Shown here piece by piece: positions 62,262-64,000 of a DNA stretch of 64,000 nucleotides. The first letter of the stretch is position 1. Each line of letters opens with the position of its first letter. The notes beneath the pieces are model-generated. The model was not told the origin of the DNA, searched no databases, and saw only the letters and a program-made list of their open reading frames with translations. Location: positions 44,082,001-44,146,000 of the forward strand of contig CM060733.1 of NCBI GenBank assembly GCA_030704615.1. The letters are read 5' to 3'. A program made the translations under genes and the position numbers. The DNA comes from Takakia lepidozioides (Eukaryota > Plantae > Bryophyta).

Positions 62262-63830
62262 ATGGCGATGGCGGCAGCGCGCCGTGTGCTCATCTCGCCT
62301 GCATCATCGATGTTCTCTTTGGAGCTTACAGTGTCATTTACTCGATGTTTGAACACAGGTTTTAGGGAGGAGAGGGATACATTTGGCCCTATCCAAGTTC
62401 CTGCTGACAGGTTCTTCCATTCGATCCTATCTCCACCCTGAATTGTTTTATGCGGAAACTTTTGAGAAATCTTGTGTTTGAATGTACGCTTTGTGACCGG
62501 TATGGTTGGCCTAATTTTCTGCATCGCTCCGTACTTTGGGACCTGAGGGATGCTTCTGAGATGTTTATGCACCCCTAGCTGGCACAGAGTTGAACTCAAC
62601 CCACTGAGTTTATGTAAATCCACGATGATTTGGGAGTGCTGCGTGAAGATAGTAATCGGTGGTTTATGGAAGAACTAGTCACTGTCAAGGATCATCCCTG
62701 TTGGATAGGTTGGGAGGAAGTAGCATGGTTAGAATGATCAGCTTCCAGCTGCTGAATTTACTCAGCGGGATCGATTGATTAGGATACGTGGCATCTACCC
62801 TTGATCCTTTGCAAAGCACCAACGTGAGGTGGCTTGGGGGCTTGCTACCCTGGAGCTATAATGTAAATTCTGCACTTCACCAATTCCCACTTCGGAACCT
62901 TCATCCACAAGGTGCCATTTTCTTTGGAATTGAGAGCCGGACACACGACCATGTCTCAGTTGTATACCCTAGGTGCTTTGACAGGTAAGCTGTGTTGCTA
63001 GGGCTGTTAACCTATTTGGAGAATGTCCTCAAGATTTAGCTGTAGTGTGATTTTTGTACAGCCATATGCCTAACTGAAGTGCCAGTCTTACGACCGAGGG
63101 GTGTGGCTGGTTGGTCAGATATTGGGGTGCTCAGACACAGAGATCATTACAGAATTTTGAGATTGGGGGTTTGCGGGAGCGGATGCCGGATCAGCTCATC
63201 CAGGCCTTTGGCATCCTTAAAAAATCAGCTGCTATAGTAGAGCCCTTCCACCTGCAAAGAACTGTTTGTCAAAGCTACTAGAATTCATCTGGGGTATTAA
63301 TGGAACAGTACATGGGTACCATGGATATCATTATGGACTTCATGAGGCTCAAACTGAAGAGGCTATTTGTGGATTCGGTGTTACTCTAAAGTGGATGGTC
63401 GGTGATGGATTTTGTTTGCTTCACATCATTTTGCTACAAGACGACCTAAATTTCTGTCTGCTTCTGAATGAATGACAGTGAATGGACAGCATAATTGAGA
63501 TTTAGGAACAGCATCAGCTTTCAGAACCAGGTGTCAAGCTTGTCCTGTTAGTGTGTTGGTTGTCGGATCACAGGACAACGTTAGGTTTCAAACTAGGTTT
63601 CCTGGATCAAGCAATGTTTGATGATGGAGGCTACTCTTTGCATTCCTGCAATTGCACTCATTTTTAGGGTTGGGCGTCAGGTGAACATGGAGTATGGGCT
63701 GGACAGCAAAATTGGAAATGCCATAGTCCAAGCATCTGAGGAGGTGGCACGTGGCAAGCTGAACGACCATTTTCCACTGGTTGTCTGGCAGACAGGCAGC
63801 GGCACCCAAACCAACATGAATGTTAATGAG
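62262..63830 (+). CDS. FUM1: Fumarate hydratase (class II, probably mitochondrial), first three exons 62262-62410, 63119-63236, 63681-63830; continues past the window
   Basis: Presequence-like N-terminus, [56 protein letters not shown]. Confidence 0.95.
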
Positions 63831-64000
63831 GTCTGCATCTTGTTTCTTTTGGACAGTTCTCTCATTGTATTGAGAAATTAGAACACATTCACTTGGATGA
63901 TCTGCTTTATTTGTGTTTTTCCTTGCTACTATGAACTCCTCTGCACACTCACAATTGGGGCAATAAGGGGCTGCTTTCTACCACCTCGGCTGAACTTAAA

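Overview
Eukaryotic nuclear DNA. PPR/LRR style, the chromovirus and the gene sequences suggest a non-seed land plant (inference). Bases 1-47.5 kb are a nested transposon block: an Ogre/Tat-like LTR element end, two nested CACTA (En/Spm) elements with decayed TnpD genes, and four insertions (six LTR copies) of one chromodomain Ty3/gypsy family. The four are a solo LTR, an internally deleted copy with PPR filler, a truncated copy and a full-length copy inserted into its gag. The block also holds a hAT MITE, two unrelated MULE-type DDE/SWIM transposase pseudogenes, buried LRR and PPR gene remnants and a 500-N gap. Bases 48-64 kb are a gene island: ORANGE (OR), a 5-exon uncharacterised gene that the ORF track shows only as fragments, an RBM42-like RRM gene, and the first three exons of a divergently transcribed fumarase. 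Best novelty candidates: (i) two CACTA-type termini, each just downstream of a homologous MULE/SWIM gene, suggesting a composite transposon family; (ii) a dense stem-loop array in the chromovirus 3' non-coding region. All calls come from manual reading; no searches were run.
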